Origin: Atractiella rhizophila
Taxonomy: Eukaryota
Direction: 5' to 3'
DNA: 64,000 nucleotides
NCBI GenBank assembly: GCA_021432655.1
Contig: MU271378.1
Span: 1-64,000, forward strand
Below the pieces are notes generated by a model. The model ran no database searches and had not been told where the DNA came from. It saw nothing but the letters and a program-made list of their open reading frames with translations. Numbering within the stretch: the stretch's first letter is position 1; the number at the start of each line of letters is the position of its first letter. This document shows positions 11,966 to 24,246 of this stretch, piece after piece. The position numbers and the translations under genes are program-made.

Positions 11966-13343
11966 ATGGTCGTCACTCGTTCAGCATCCGGCATCCCTGC
12001 GAAGGCGATCTCAAACAGTGTATCAAACGGTATTGCTCCTAGAAATGGAAAAAAGCGCAAGGGTACAGCAGCTGGCGACGAAGCGTCTGCTCCTCCGCCG
12101 AAGCGTGCAGCGAAGAAAGCAAAGGTGGTAGCAGAGGATGGCTCTGTTTCCGCAACGCAAACCCCCAAGAAGACGTCCAAGAAGAAGAAGGTGCTTGAGG
12201 AGTCTGACGACGAAGGAGTTCCAGTCATCAAAGGCCCATTCGATATTGAAGAAGCTAAGAAGCACCTCATTTCGGTCGATAGGAGATGGAAGAAGATGTT
12301 CGAAAGAATCCCTTGCAAACCATTTGAGAGGACGGAGATGCACCACAATCCTTTCAGGTCAGTGTAACTCTTAATGTGAAGTGAATCGAAATCATGACCG
12401 CTGTCATAGGGATCTCTGCTCTTCCATCATCTCGCAACAAATCTCCTTCCTCGCCGCAAAATCAGTTCAGAAAAAATTCGTTGCCCTCTTCTTCCCTGAT
12501 GCGGAAGAAGGCACAAATCACTTTCCTAATCCCGAACAAATTCTAGCGCTTGAAGGAGACCAAGTAGCAAAACTGCGGGCTGCTGGTTTGAGCAACAACA
12601 AAGCACGCTTTGTGATTGACCTCGCTAAGCATTTCCAAGATGGGCGCTTGAACATGAAATTGTTCAAGGAGGGGACGGATAGAGAGATCAGCGAAAGACT
12701 GCAGGATGTGGCAGGAATTGGGTATGTCTCCTTGTCGAAGAAGGCGGCGGGAAACTGAATGTTGACAAGGCCATGGACTTGCGACATGTTCAAGATTTTT
12801 TCCCTTAAACGACCGGACGTTTTACCACCCGGAGATTTAGGTGTCCAGAAAGGGATGTTGAAGTGGTTTGCAGCACATCCATCTGTCGTTAACACCCTGT
12901 TTCTCGTTAAGGAAGCTGACCGACTCTGGCAGGTAATTCCGGCCTTACGCAAAGACAAACTGCCTCTCTCTCTCGCGCCAGGTGATCCGGAGGAGCCGGC
13001 GGAGGAAGAAGTTGATGGTACTGTCGAGCCAGAGACCGTTATGAGCACTGTGAAGAGTTCAAGGACGATGAACCTCATCGATCCTTCTGAATCAGCGGGT
13101 TCGCCCAACGACCTTTTCCCAGTGTGTCCGACGACCGCACTCACGAAGGCTAAACTTGAATCACGGCTGAAAAGCAAGGCGAAACCTGTCAAAGGTGCTT
13201 ACATGACGCCTGACGAGATGAGGGAGCTGTCAAAGAGCTGGAGACCGTACAGGAGCGTGGGAGTCTGGTACATGTGTAAGTGCGTCGTACCTCTCTTCCA
13301 TATGCCCTGAACTATTTTGTGGCCAGGGTGCTTTGTCGACTAG
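11966..13343 (+). CDS. MAG1: DNA-3-methyladenine glycosylase (AlkA/Mag1, HhH-GPD family)
   Basis: [93 protein letters not shown]; basic NLS-like N-terminus. Confidence 0.9.
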
Positions 13344-13595
13344 AGGTGGCATCTTATTATTCCTCTTAATGGGATTCAGTTCCTTCGACTGCTTGGTCAG
13401 ATGTGGAACACAACTTGTCTATGTTATTAAATATGAAAGTACATGACAATGATATGCTGGACGGAACCAATGAACGACGAGCTTGCTGTGATGAAAATGT
13501 CCAAATTGAAGACTATGCACAGTCAAGAAGGGAAGAAGTCTATCAGTGTCTATGGTGAATAAATCAGGAGGCGAGAATGCAACATGACAACGACT

Positions 13596-14709
13596 TCAGA
13601 GTGATACGACCGCAAGCGCAAAAGCGAAAGTGAGAAGAAAAAGAGGAAGTGGTAGGCTCAGAGAAATTGCTGTGCTGGTTCCGTGCCCAGTCTCACTGTA
13701 GCAAAATGAGCCAACCTGGACTGAAAGGCAATCGAAAACTCACCCGTTCACTGGAGCAGGCTTGTGCGTGACCCTTACGGTGAGGACCGCGACTCGACCA
13801 TCGATAGATATCCCATGGTTAATGTCGTTCGATCCAACCGGGAGCAAACCATCGACCCATTCCACTGTGGTATTGAAAGACCATCCAGTACTTGTCCATG
13901 TGCCATTAGCTGAAGAAGTCGCGTTCCCTACAAGAAGATCGCGTCCAAAATCGTAGCCATTGTCTACAATATCGTGGCCATAAGTAAGGTTCTTCTCATA
14001 GCTGGTCCTAAATTGTCATTGACGTCAAGCCAAAGTCAGGAACGAGGCGCAGCCAGGCAGAGGAAGATCATACGCGAAAAAAAGAGCTCCGCTGTTAGCT
14101 GACCCTCCATTCTGAACCCAATATCGGAAGTGGTTGCCACCCTCTATTGACTCTCGACACGTTCCAAAGACAAAATCCCAGAAAGCCCAGCGTATCACGG
14201 CGGTTTCATTCAGCAATCCATTCCCGTCACCTAAATTCGCCTGCTCAGGTATGCCTTGATGCTGCCCTAAACATTCCTGCCCGAAACCTATCGAGCTGTC
14301 CAAGTCCGTCAGCCAGCGGGTATGTGTTTTAGGAAAGTCGGGACGGACTTAAAGTAATTCATGACACCCTCGCCCGTAATAGCATCAGCATCGGAGTTGC
14401 CGCTGACAATAACGTTGAGCGCTGATGCCTCCATAAGTCCAAGTGAAGATAGCAAAGCTGGATCGACCCACGTTCGCCCAACCCCGCAGGAAAGGTGTTA
14501 AACACAGTCTGGCCAGCTCGTTTCACCTTGACCATTTTCCAGACAGGAAAGGAGCTTACCGTTAGCATGCTACCTCCATTATTGGCGGGAGGATAGTAAC
14601 CCTCAGCGGGAGGAGCTCTCTTAGCAAAAGAGGGCACTACGATCGAAGCTGAAGCTGAAGTGGACACAACCACCGCGGTTAGGCACATTGTCGTCAGCCG
14701 TGGGAGCAT
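13596..14709 (-). CDS. Secreted, probably GPI-anchored protein of unknown function
   Basis: Signal-like N-terminus MLPRLTTMCLTAVVVSTSASA; core GYYPPANNGGSMLT...FGTCRESIEGGNHFRYWVQNG...GHDIVDNGYDFGRD...DINHGISIDGRVAVLTV; hydrophobic C-terminal exon TAISLSLPLPLFLLTFAFALAVVSL*. Confidence 0.75.
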
Positions 14710-16390
14710 TCTGGCGAATTGGATTTTGTAAGGCGTCTAGGATATGGAGAGTTGGAAAATCTGTACTATGAAGCAAAAGAAAGGATTTTAGTGTTCTAAG
14801 GAGTCTTGTTTGTGCTGTCCAAGATTGACAGATCTTAGTTCTCAGACTAGGGCTGGCCTTTTTCCGCCCGCTGGAATGATCTGCCCACGAAAAGCAGGCA
14901 GACAGTACGTTGATTACCATGAGGCGAGAGGATGGTTATGGAGATAGCCCATGCGCTGCCATCCAAGTTTATTATAAATGCTATGGCATAGAATATGGAT
15001 TGTTTATGAAAGTAAGAGAGAAGGTTAGAGGCGCAAGGTAACTTGAGCCGTAGGTGTTCGCATTGGTCATCACTTTCAGTTTTGAGTATTCGAGAGATGC
15101 GTTCTTGGGAGGTGCGGGAGATGACGAGAGTTTGTGATCTGTTCGTTACATTTTGATACTCCGAGGAGCGTTCAACAGTTTGTTGTGTTTCTTAGAGGTT
15201 GCTGTCAAAATGTCTTCTAATGCAAACATGGCCCAAGAAATTGATGAGATACAATGGCCTCGAAGACCGTGAGATGGCGCGCGTGCAAATTGTTATGGCA
15301 GTATGGGAGAGTTTCTATTCCCACGATTCGATCAGGCTCACTTTTTGTGTGAGGGGCAAACGTGTCTTCCCGTCAATTATTTTGTGAGGGGTATGTCGGA
15401 GAAAGCCTTCCGAAACAGGTCCGGCAGAGGTAGGTTGCAAACGTGATTATGTAGGGAGGGAGGAAAGGAGAGTCGGCTTTGGGTCCAGACTCCGCTATCC
15501 TCTGCGAACCATCGCTGGAAGGAGTTCACGCGTTCAATAGGGCTGAAACGAGGTTGTTAACCGCTCAATCTCATGTTCATTCCTGTAGGATAAATGGAGG
15601 GATTATCTCCTGATTGAAGAACATACTACCCGAGATTTTGGCGATTCGAGCTGTCGATCAGGCCATCAGAGTGCATTGCGTGGCTTATGAAATGTTCGCT
15701 CTTCACCTAGTTTTTGAGAGGTGTCTGACAGACACCACCTGCTCTTCACTTAGCATGATTTGATTTTATCTTATTTTGAACTCTTCAAAGATTGAACTTG
15801 AATTATGGGGTGTCGCCTTCAGGCAGTGAAGAACCTGAAATGAAGCAGAATGAAAGGTGGGAAGTTCTCGCTGTTCTTAACATCGACTCAGTGTTTGCTG
15901 CATTCAAATCCTGAACAGGAGCACATGCCCCACGACTTTCTCGCAGCAGTCTCTCGGGGACGCGGTAAGAGTCTGACAGCTCCAGTTACACCTGCGATTG
16001 CATGCTGGTTAAGGTCGCTGTGCGGGATCCTGTTGATTCCGCAAGAGGGGACCCTCCTTGCAATTCCTTTCTGCCTTCAAGGCGGGGCAGCTGAGTTCTG
16101 GAATGGAGTGCGAGGAAGGCGGCGGAAGGAAAGGCGATACACTCAAACTCCAAGCGATCACGTATTCAATGCGTTGTCATTCGAAATATCAGAAAAGGTA
16201 ATATTCGGCAGAAAGATGTGCACCCGTGTTTGTGTTTCGCTCTGTGCCTTCCCTGTCCCAGATTCCCAGGCCTTACAGAGGCTCAGAAGACTTGTCAAAC
16301 AGGGAGGGACAACGCCGATGAACCGCTCCGTCTTCTTCTTCGGGCGTATAAAAGAGCAGATCCACTCTGAAGGCGCCCAGACGCCCGGTC

Positions 16391-17282
16391 ATGAAAATGT
16401 CACGCCCAACATCATCTGTTCGAACTGGCCCCCCACGCCTTCTGCAAAGCTCAGACGAGCGCGACCACAACGAACGAATCGTCTTGCCTCCCATTGTCGC
16501 GTCGTATCCCGATTATTTTGTCAGGGCTGCCTATAATCCATCACAGATTCCGCCTTATTCTCCACCCAAACTCGCCACCGCTGTCCTTCCTTCTGAAGAC
16601 AACGACTCACATCGCTCTTCAAGTCATGACTCGTACGATGGCGATCTAGACTTAGAGAAGTCCAAGAAACCCTATCAAGGAGGACCAGAACGAACAGCGA
16701 GGCAGAAATCCCATGTAGTATCAGGTTCGCCATTTCCTACAACTCTAAGCAACAACAGGAAAACCTGATCAGCATTTTCCAGAGCAAAAGAGACGAGAGA
16801 ACATCAATAGAGGCTTTGACGATCTGAGACAGCTTGTGCCCACATCGCGCGGTGGTTCCGACTCGAAAGCGTCAGTTCTCCGAAAGGCAACTTGGTGGAT
16901 CATCCAACTTCAAGAAGAGAACGCTCGTCTGCGGTCCTCCCGAGTATCCAACAATAATTCCGTCCACTGTCACTCATCAGAGGACATCTCGACTGAATCT
17001 GGTGTCTGCCCTACTTGCTTTCAGAAAGTCGATTACTCGCACGAGCCGCCGAAAAGTGTCATCGAACGCGCCTTCGCTCAATACCAAAACAGCATTGGTC
17101 GCTCTAAGGAGCAGGTTGCACGGAAGTCTTCGACCGGGAAACGACTTTCTTCTCAGAGCAATCGGGATGAGATGGATTTGCGAGACGACGAATCTGAATT
17201 CCTCGGTATTGATGCGGCTGTTAGAAATCGTGCCTTCTACAGTGGTTCCGTCATCATAGATAGTCTCCAGCCCCATTGTTGA
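16391..17282 (+). CDS. bHLH transcription factor
   Basis: One intron (~16725-16781) joins RQKSHVVS to EQKRRENINRGFDDLRQLVPTSRGGSDSKASVLRKATWWIIQLQEENARL, a canonical H-x3-E-x2-RR basic helix-loop-helix. Start may be 16391 or 16397. Confidence 0.88.
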
Positions 17283-17698
17283 ATTTTCTATCGTCTTATG
17301 TCTCTTAAACCGTCTGCTGGTCCAACATTTAATGATGTCGTTATCTGGGTCTGTTTCGTGAAATTGCTTGTGTCACATATGCTTGACGTTCTATATTCTT
17401 CTCGCTAAGTGTTGTATTTTGCATGGCTGCGCTGAATTATTCGTGCTCTCTGTCAATCACATCCAATCACATTTTCGCGCTACAAGCTTTAATGTCTCAG
17501 TTTCAAGGCAGAGCAATATGCAGACGAGTCCTCAAGAAATCCAATGGCTGATGCCTTTTTCGATTATTTACTATTGGCGCATAAGTACAACATGGAAAAC
17601 TAAGAATTGCAGACGATTTTCACCAACATACCCAGAAAAAGCACAGCACGACAACTCTTAACCAAACCAAACAGGCAAAACCGTGGGGCAGCTACAGC

Positions 17699-20600
17699 CT
17701 ATGACTGATTGAGATGATAAGGTGCGTCATGGACTGCATTGTGGTAAAGGGGAGGCGGAAGATGCTCCGCGGCCGCTTGGGACATGAATTGAGAGAAGTC
17801 CGAGTCCCAATTCTGAGGATTCGCAGGTGCTGGCTGAGCTTGTGGTTGCATTTGAGGCTGGGGAACGGGTTGCGGTATAGGAACTGCCACAGGTTGAACT
17901 GGTTGCACTGGTATTTGATTCCCATAAGGTTCCGCAACCATTTGAACTCCCGTAAATGATGCAGCGTAGCCGCCGTTGCCATTTATTATGGAACCGTTCT
18001 CAGCAATGGATCTATTATCTATCGAGCGACGTCCATCTGGTGTGCCCCGGAGCGAGCGAGTGTCCATAGCATAAAGAGACTGCGTATCAGGCAATGGGGG
18101 GACTGGAGGGTTTGAGGACATCCTGAATGGTGTTACTGTACTGTTTAACACGTCGCTTTGTTCGTTGGCAACAGACGAAGAGCGATCGCGGACGTGAATG
18201 GTAGGAGCGGTACTGACAGCACGACGAGATCCAACAGAACGAATGCTTTGAGCGTCAGAAATTGTTGAAACTACCTCGATTGGTCTGAAATCGTTGATAG
18301 GAATGACAGCGCTGATGTCGGAAGAGAGTGTAGTGTGTGCAAGGTGCGCTGATAGGACGAACTGAGGAATATTTAAAAAAATTAATCAGAGCACGACAAG
18401 ATGGATGAAGAGAGGGACGCACGCGCACTTCCGCATTGCAGCTGTTCCAAATCATCACTTCATCCCGCGAGGTTTCAATCCGTCCCTCCATCCTCCATAT
18501 CGTAGCCACCTCTGTACTAACGATTTTTACGCCTACCTTTTTAATTTTCGACGGTATACGTAAAGCTGGTAGAAGCGTTTCCTTATCCCTGTCCTTCCCT
18601 TTCGCGGAAATTTTCCGGATCAGTATCCGTCGTGAGAGTGAGATCCGAAGGCTGCCCATAAGGTCGGTGAGCGTCTCCTTAGAGAGAGATGAGTTGGCAG
18701 GGTGGTGCAAGGAGAAACGATAGTTGACGTAAACGGTAGAAGTAGAAGTACCGGGTTTCACAACGTGATAAGCGATCTGCAAGCCTCGTCAGCCTTGAAC
18801 TTAGTCACAAGAAGGTATGGACCTCAGCGTCTGTGATCGGCGCCCGCTGACCTTCTACAAGGATCAGGTAACTGGAACCTTTATTTTTCTTGCTGGCTCT
18901 CACGAACTTCCAGATATCATCCGTTCCAACATCCACACCAAGTTCAGCGGTGGAAATGACGGGGTCAGGTCCGAGTCGCTGAACAACCAGTGGTACGGAG
19001 AGCTTGTCATTTGCAGAAAACCGCTGCTTCCTTTTCCCCATCAACTCGATTGAATACTTGATCAGGACTTCGTCGTGTCGATATGTTGGTGGAATGGCTA
19101 GGCTAGATCCCCGACAGGCACAATTCATTTGATGAGGGACTTCGAATTGGAAACTCCATTCACGGTTCGCCATGCCTTCTGTCTTGACGTCGGCACCCCT
19201 GGGAAGTACGGATTTCATGACTTGAACAAAGGTATGAATTTCCGGTCTGTTTGGCATGACAAACTAATCAGCTATAGCCATCATGGAAACATGATTACGT
19301 ACGGCTCTCCTGCAACAGTGCTAACCCCAAGGAAGGTTATGTCCAATTTATCATAGTCGTTGATTGCGACCTTCGACGACAATCTGACCTTACACCGTAT
19401 CACATCACCTGGCGAGACGACAGTGGTGCTGAGTGGTGGACACATTGAAAACTCGATGTTCTTGCTGGCGTGTGTTTCCCACTGAGTAGACTTGGATGGT
19501 CTTCTGTGGCTGGAGGAGGTCGAGGCAACAGAACTGGCAACTGAAGGAGCGATGGATTGCGAAGGTGAGATGGGATCCGATGCCCTCCTGTTTTGAATGG
19601 CAACTTGTGACGTACTGACTTGCGACGTAATAAAGGAACTCTCTGGTACACTAGGCATACGGTTAGGCTGGAGTCGCTCAACCTGGTGAGAAGGGGGTAT
19701 GGGTTGGGGTCGAATATTGGCTACGACGCTAAAAGAGTTGTACTGTTCTGCCATCGTCACGGGAGGAGCACCAAAGGGCCGCGCGGTCCCTGAATCGGCA
19801 GTCTGGGGGCGTGGTCCACCTGGTACTCGCGGCGGTGGAATACGCATAGGAACAGGTTGGGCATAATGAGGACGCTGTGGTTGTGGGACTTGGATAAGAG
19901 GGCGAGGAGGAGGGAAATTGGTGGTGATTTGCGGGAGAGAATGAGGAGAAGGAACGCGGGGAGGTTGGGGCGGCATATAAATTGTATTGGAGGGTTGGAC
20001 AGGTCGTTCGTTCGGTGTGCCACTTGAAGTTGGACGCTGAAGTTGTGAAGGTTGGCCATAAGGCTACATGTCAAGCACATTCGGTACATTCGGAGAATTA
20101 TGAAAGGACACAATGCTTACAGATTCAAGTTCCGTGGAAGCTGGAGATGTGGCAGCTGAGCTTCCCGGCATCCCCGAACTCGCTGATGAAGGATCTGTTC
20201 CTGTTGAGGATGGAGTAGACGAGTAAGCTCTCGGCGGCACTGTCGTGGAAGCGATTGGCCCTGGCGCTACACTGATGCTCGGTGGAGTTGTAATGGAAGA
20301 TGTGGAAGGAAAAGACTGTGGGATCGTGTGTGGTGGATCCCGAGGCTTGAGAGTTCCCCCAAGCTCTCTCACGCTGGGCAGGGGTCTTCGTGGAGGTGAT
20401 GAAGAAAGTGCGTAGGCGTCTTGACTAGGACTCCGCTGTGTAGTCGAATACCCTTCACTTTCCCTCCTCTGCTGCTCCCTCGCTAAGGCCCTCTCGAAAC
20501 TAGCGACGTGCCACCCTCTCCTGTGACCGCAAAGAAAACAATCCACACCTTCTCCATTAAGCCTCCCACCATCTCCGACCCAAATGGGACATTCGCATCC

Positions 20601-20807
20601 ACTCGACTTACACTTCTCCATAGCCAGCCCTCTTCCTCTCGCCTCTATCTCTGCAGACGTGAGCACAACGCTTTGCAGGTGCCATAATCTGTGATGGTCG
20701 CACAGCTGGCAAGGATGATCCGACGTCGCGGAAAGCGAGTCAAAGTCGGGGCATTGGCAGCAAGCAGCTCGACAGTAAGACAAGGGAAACGAGCTCGCGT
20801 TGGCCAT
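17699..20807 (-). CDS. Alpha-arrestin-like protein with two N-terminal Cys/His motifs and a C-terminal PPxY
   Basis: Intron 20120-20064 joins exon 1 in frame to the Pro/Gln-rich exon. Arrestin-N-like VVSPGDVIRCKVRL...LDITFLGVSTV...WSFQFEVP...IPPTY...IKYSIELMGKRK; tail LPPPLY. The 3' exon joins were not all checked. Confidence 0.7.
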
Positions 20808-21720
20808 GGTGAGAGACTCCCAGGCAACGACTAATTGCTTGCTCGAAATCGTGTTGAAATTGCTGAAAATTTGCAGAAACGAATGAATTTGATGGCGTTC
20901 GTCGTTCAACGTTCAATTTCCGGTCCGATGGAATCTGGGGAAGATTGTCGATCAGATATTGATAGGATGGTCAGGATTCTGAGTTGATATGGCACCCGCT
21001 TCTGTGGCTGGAGGTGCTTTAAAATATTCGAGGTCAGTGGCAGTCCTTATCAGCGAAGTTTGGCGCTTGTTGGTACATCGTCCTCTTGTTCAGAGCTCGC
21101 TTCCTATCGTCCATTCCGCTTGCAATTCCGCGGCCACGCTGTCGGACGCTTTCACGTTTCCATCTCAAACTCAAACATTTTGACAGTTCTTCAACTTCAT
21201 CAAGTCGATGCTCAAGCTCATAATTGCTCACAAGGCGGTGGGACAGCAGCTTCAAGAGTCGTGGGACGAAAGTTTTGCACGAGTATCTGTGGATCAGAAA
21301 GAAAGAAAGATGAAGGACACGAAACAGCAATCATTCAACCAGGAATCAAGGAAAACGTCTCTTCATCACCACATCTGAATTCAGTCTCCCTTAGCCGGCG
21401 ACGGACAACACCCACACAGAGCGGTCAAGTGAAGAGTCACAGCAGCGGAGCCTCCGGAACGCAAATCCGAGGAATCAGGTTGTGGATAGAAAGCAGATAT
21501 TTCGTGATGATTCAAACCGAATAAGGGCAAGATGACTGAGGGCATGCTAATTGTAGATACTGATCATGGAGAGGGATATTCGCCTTCCGCGCGAAACTCG
21601 AACAGAAGTTGAAGTCGAAGGAGGGAAATGGGGAGTCGTGAACAGTGAGGAGGGGGAAGAGTGGTGGAAGGAACGGAGGCAGAGTTGTAGATGGATCGAT
21701 GGTTAATGGGCGAAATGCCT

Positions 21721-22576
21721 TTAAAGAATGCTGCATTTTGACGACTTTCCGTTCCTTCGTCCGCTCCTCCCAACGTTAAAGGTGAGCGCGTAACGTGTAG
21801 CGTGCTCGAAGACCTCCCGAACTCCTTCTCCGCTCTTGGCGGAGCACTCCAAGTAGACTCTGGCTCCAATCTTATGAGCCACCGCATTGCCCTATCCCAG
21901 CCGTCACAGCATATTCAACTCCTCGTCTGCCGAAACCGGAAAAGGTAAAAAGCAGGGGAATACGCACCTCCTCCGGAGTGACAGGCTTGTGTCCAGCCCT
22001 CCTCAAATTCTCAATAGTCCTCGGATCTCTCCTCAAGTCCTTCTTGCACCCGACGAGGATGATGGGTAGACCGGAACAGAAGTGGGTGACTTCGGAGATC
22101 CACTTCTCTTGAACGTTGTCCAGGGAATCCGGAGAATCGACAGAGAAACAGATGAGGATGACGTGGGAGTCGGGGTAGGAAAGTGGCCGCAATCGATCGT
22201 AGTCTTCTTGTCCTGCCGTATCCCAAAGAGCCAGCTCAACTCGCTTCCCATCCACCTCGACGTCCGCGACGTAGTTCTCGAAGACGGTGGGAACGTAGAC
22301 CTAGTCACAAGCAAAGTTTCAGTTCTCAACGTACGCCTAAGCTTCCAAGTTAAAACACTAAGAAAACATGTGCTGGGGTCGTTGTGGAGGAAGAAGAGGA
22401 TGGATGAAAAGATATCTCACCCCACCCCAATACTGAAGAAAGGAAGGTTTACAAGGCGAAAAGAAAGAAAGCGTACTCACCTCCGGGAAAGTCCCTTTAC
22501 TGAAAACGATCAAAAGACACGTCTTCCCGCAAGCACCATCACCAACAATGACGAGTTTTCTCCTGATTTCCGACAT
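21721..22576 (-). CDS. RHO1: Rho1/RhoA-family GTPase, copy A (CAAX = CSIL)
   Basis: [42 protein letters not shown]...[19 protein letters not shown]...|[19 protein letters not shown]...SSKCSIL*. Confidence 0.95.
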
Positions 22577-23450
22577 AGTAGACAAGCTTCAATCTCTCGA
22601 GTCCAAAGCGAATAGGCGTCCTTCTCAAAACTTTCCGTTTCTGCCGACTCCGATATCAAAAGGAATACAAACGAGCTCTTTCGAGAATGTCTTGCGACTG
22701 ACTTCGGTGCGTCTTACCAGGCGAGGAGCGTTTAAAAGTCGCTCCTTTCAGGGGTTGGTGGTTGGTTTCTGACACCACTCCCGCAGAAGCGCCCGATTAC
22801 GGCCTCCCGGCTCCGCAATCCAGTCACGGCTCTTTACAGCCGCCGTATTTTCGCCGCATCTCTCACAACATTCTCAGAGGCGATATCTCTCAGTGTCATG
22901 ATGAGGCTACATGAGAACACAGCTAGGCTGGAGGTATGTAAATTCACGGCGAGAGAAGGGATTTTCACTCACCTTCTCCTGTGCAATTGGGTCTCGCGGG
23001 GTGAGACGATGCCAAATCGGAGAGCAGAGAGGAGTGAACACAGCGGCAGAAACAATGGCACTCTAGGACAAATTTGCAAAGGTATGGACGATGATTTGAT
23101 TAGACCATTCGTAAGGGCAGGATGAAGAATAACCGATCTGAGATGAATAGAAGGAAAAGAAGAATTGAGATCTGTAATAATAAAAGCACATTCCAAGCAG
23201 GCCAAAGAGAACATGCATGGGTTGAATGAAAATAAGCGGAGAACAACAACGCCAGCAAGCAACACTAAATAACGGAAAGGAGGACTTTGGGAGTCCGAAA
23301 ATGTATCGAGGAATAGATGAGGGAAGCCTCGGAAGTCCAATGCGGAGTTGACTGCTTCCTTCAGAGAAGAATAGGAGTGCGGGTGTGTGTTCGACTTGGA
23401 TGAAGGATGGAGTCACGTTTCGTCACCGTGTTTGAGAGATCGAAATTAGT

Positions 23451-24246
23451 TTAGACAACAACGCAGTTCCTCTTCTTCTTGCCGCCGTGAGGACCCCTAA
23501 CGAGGAGAGCGGCTCTGGTTGCGCTCTCGAAGACTTCCCTGACGCCTTCTCCCGACTTCGCAGAACATTCGAGGTATCTCATGGCATTGATCTTCTGTGC
23601 AACCGCATTTCCCTGACAGAACATTCTTCAGCTTTAGATTGGAGAATGCTCAAAAGGAATAGTCATACCTCTTCTGGGGTGACCGGCTTGTGTCCAGCTC
23701 TTCTGAGGTTCTCAATGGTCCTTGGATCCCTTCTCAAGTCCTTCTTGCAGCCGACCAGTATGATAGGCAGGCCGTGGCAGAAGTGCGTGACTTCCGAAAT
23801 CCATTTCTCTTGAACGTTGTCTAGCGAATCGGGAGAATCGACGGCGAAACAGATCAGGATGACGTGGGAATCGGGGTAAGAGAGGGGTCGCAGTCTATCG
23901 TAGTCTTCTTGTCCTGCTGTATCCCATAATGCCAGTTCTACCCTCTTCCCATCCACCTCCACATCCGCAACATAGTTCTCGAAAACGGTGGGCACATAGA
24001 CCTTGAATCCAACAGAAAAGCACAACAACAGAGTCAGCACCTTCTTCTACAAGGTATAGGCACATTCCGAGCCTAAGAGACTGCCACGAAGCCTTCTCGC
24101 AGCTCTCCGAACGAGTCCCCAACGGAGCAACAAGGTCGGAAACGACTCACCTCTGGGAAAGTACCCTTGCTGAAGACGATAAGGAGACAAGTTTTTCCAC
24201 AAGCACCATCACCAACAATAACCAATTTTCTACGAAGTTCCGCCAT
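23451..24246 (-). CDS. RHO1: Rho1/RhoA-family GTPase, copy B (CAAX = CVVV)
   Basis: [22 protein letters not shown]...|[10 protein letters not shown]...|[19 protein letters not shown]...[10 protein letters not shown]; same two intron positions as copy A. Confidence 0.95.

Noticed and set aside
12518..13192. 224-aa antisense ORF, and similar antisense ORFs in the Rho1, LRR and Kch1 genes
   Set aside because: Antisense shadows of well-supported genes.
15850..16170. RNase P RNA-like strings AGGTGGGAAGTTC and TGGAGTGCGA
   Set aside because: CR-I deviates from GGAARNUCNGNG and no complementary CR-V/P4 partner is found downstream; probably chance. A cmscan would settle it.
24121..24146. SRP helix-8-like words AGGTCGGAAACG and ACGGAGCA
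   Set aside because: They occur in the wrong order and antisense within a Rho1 intron.
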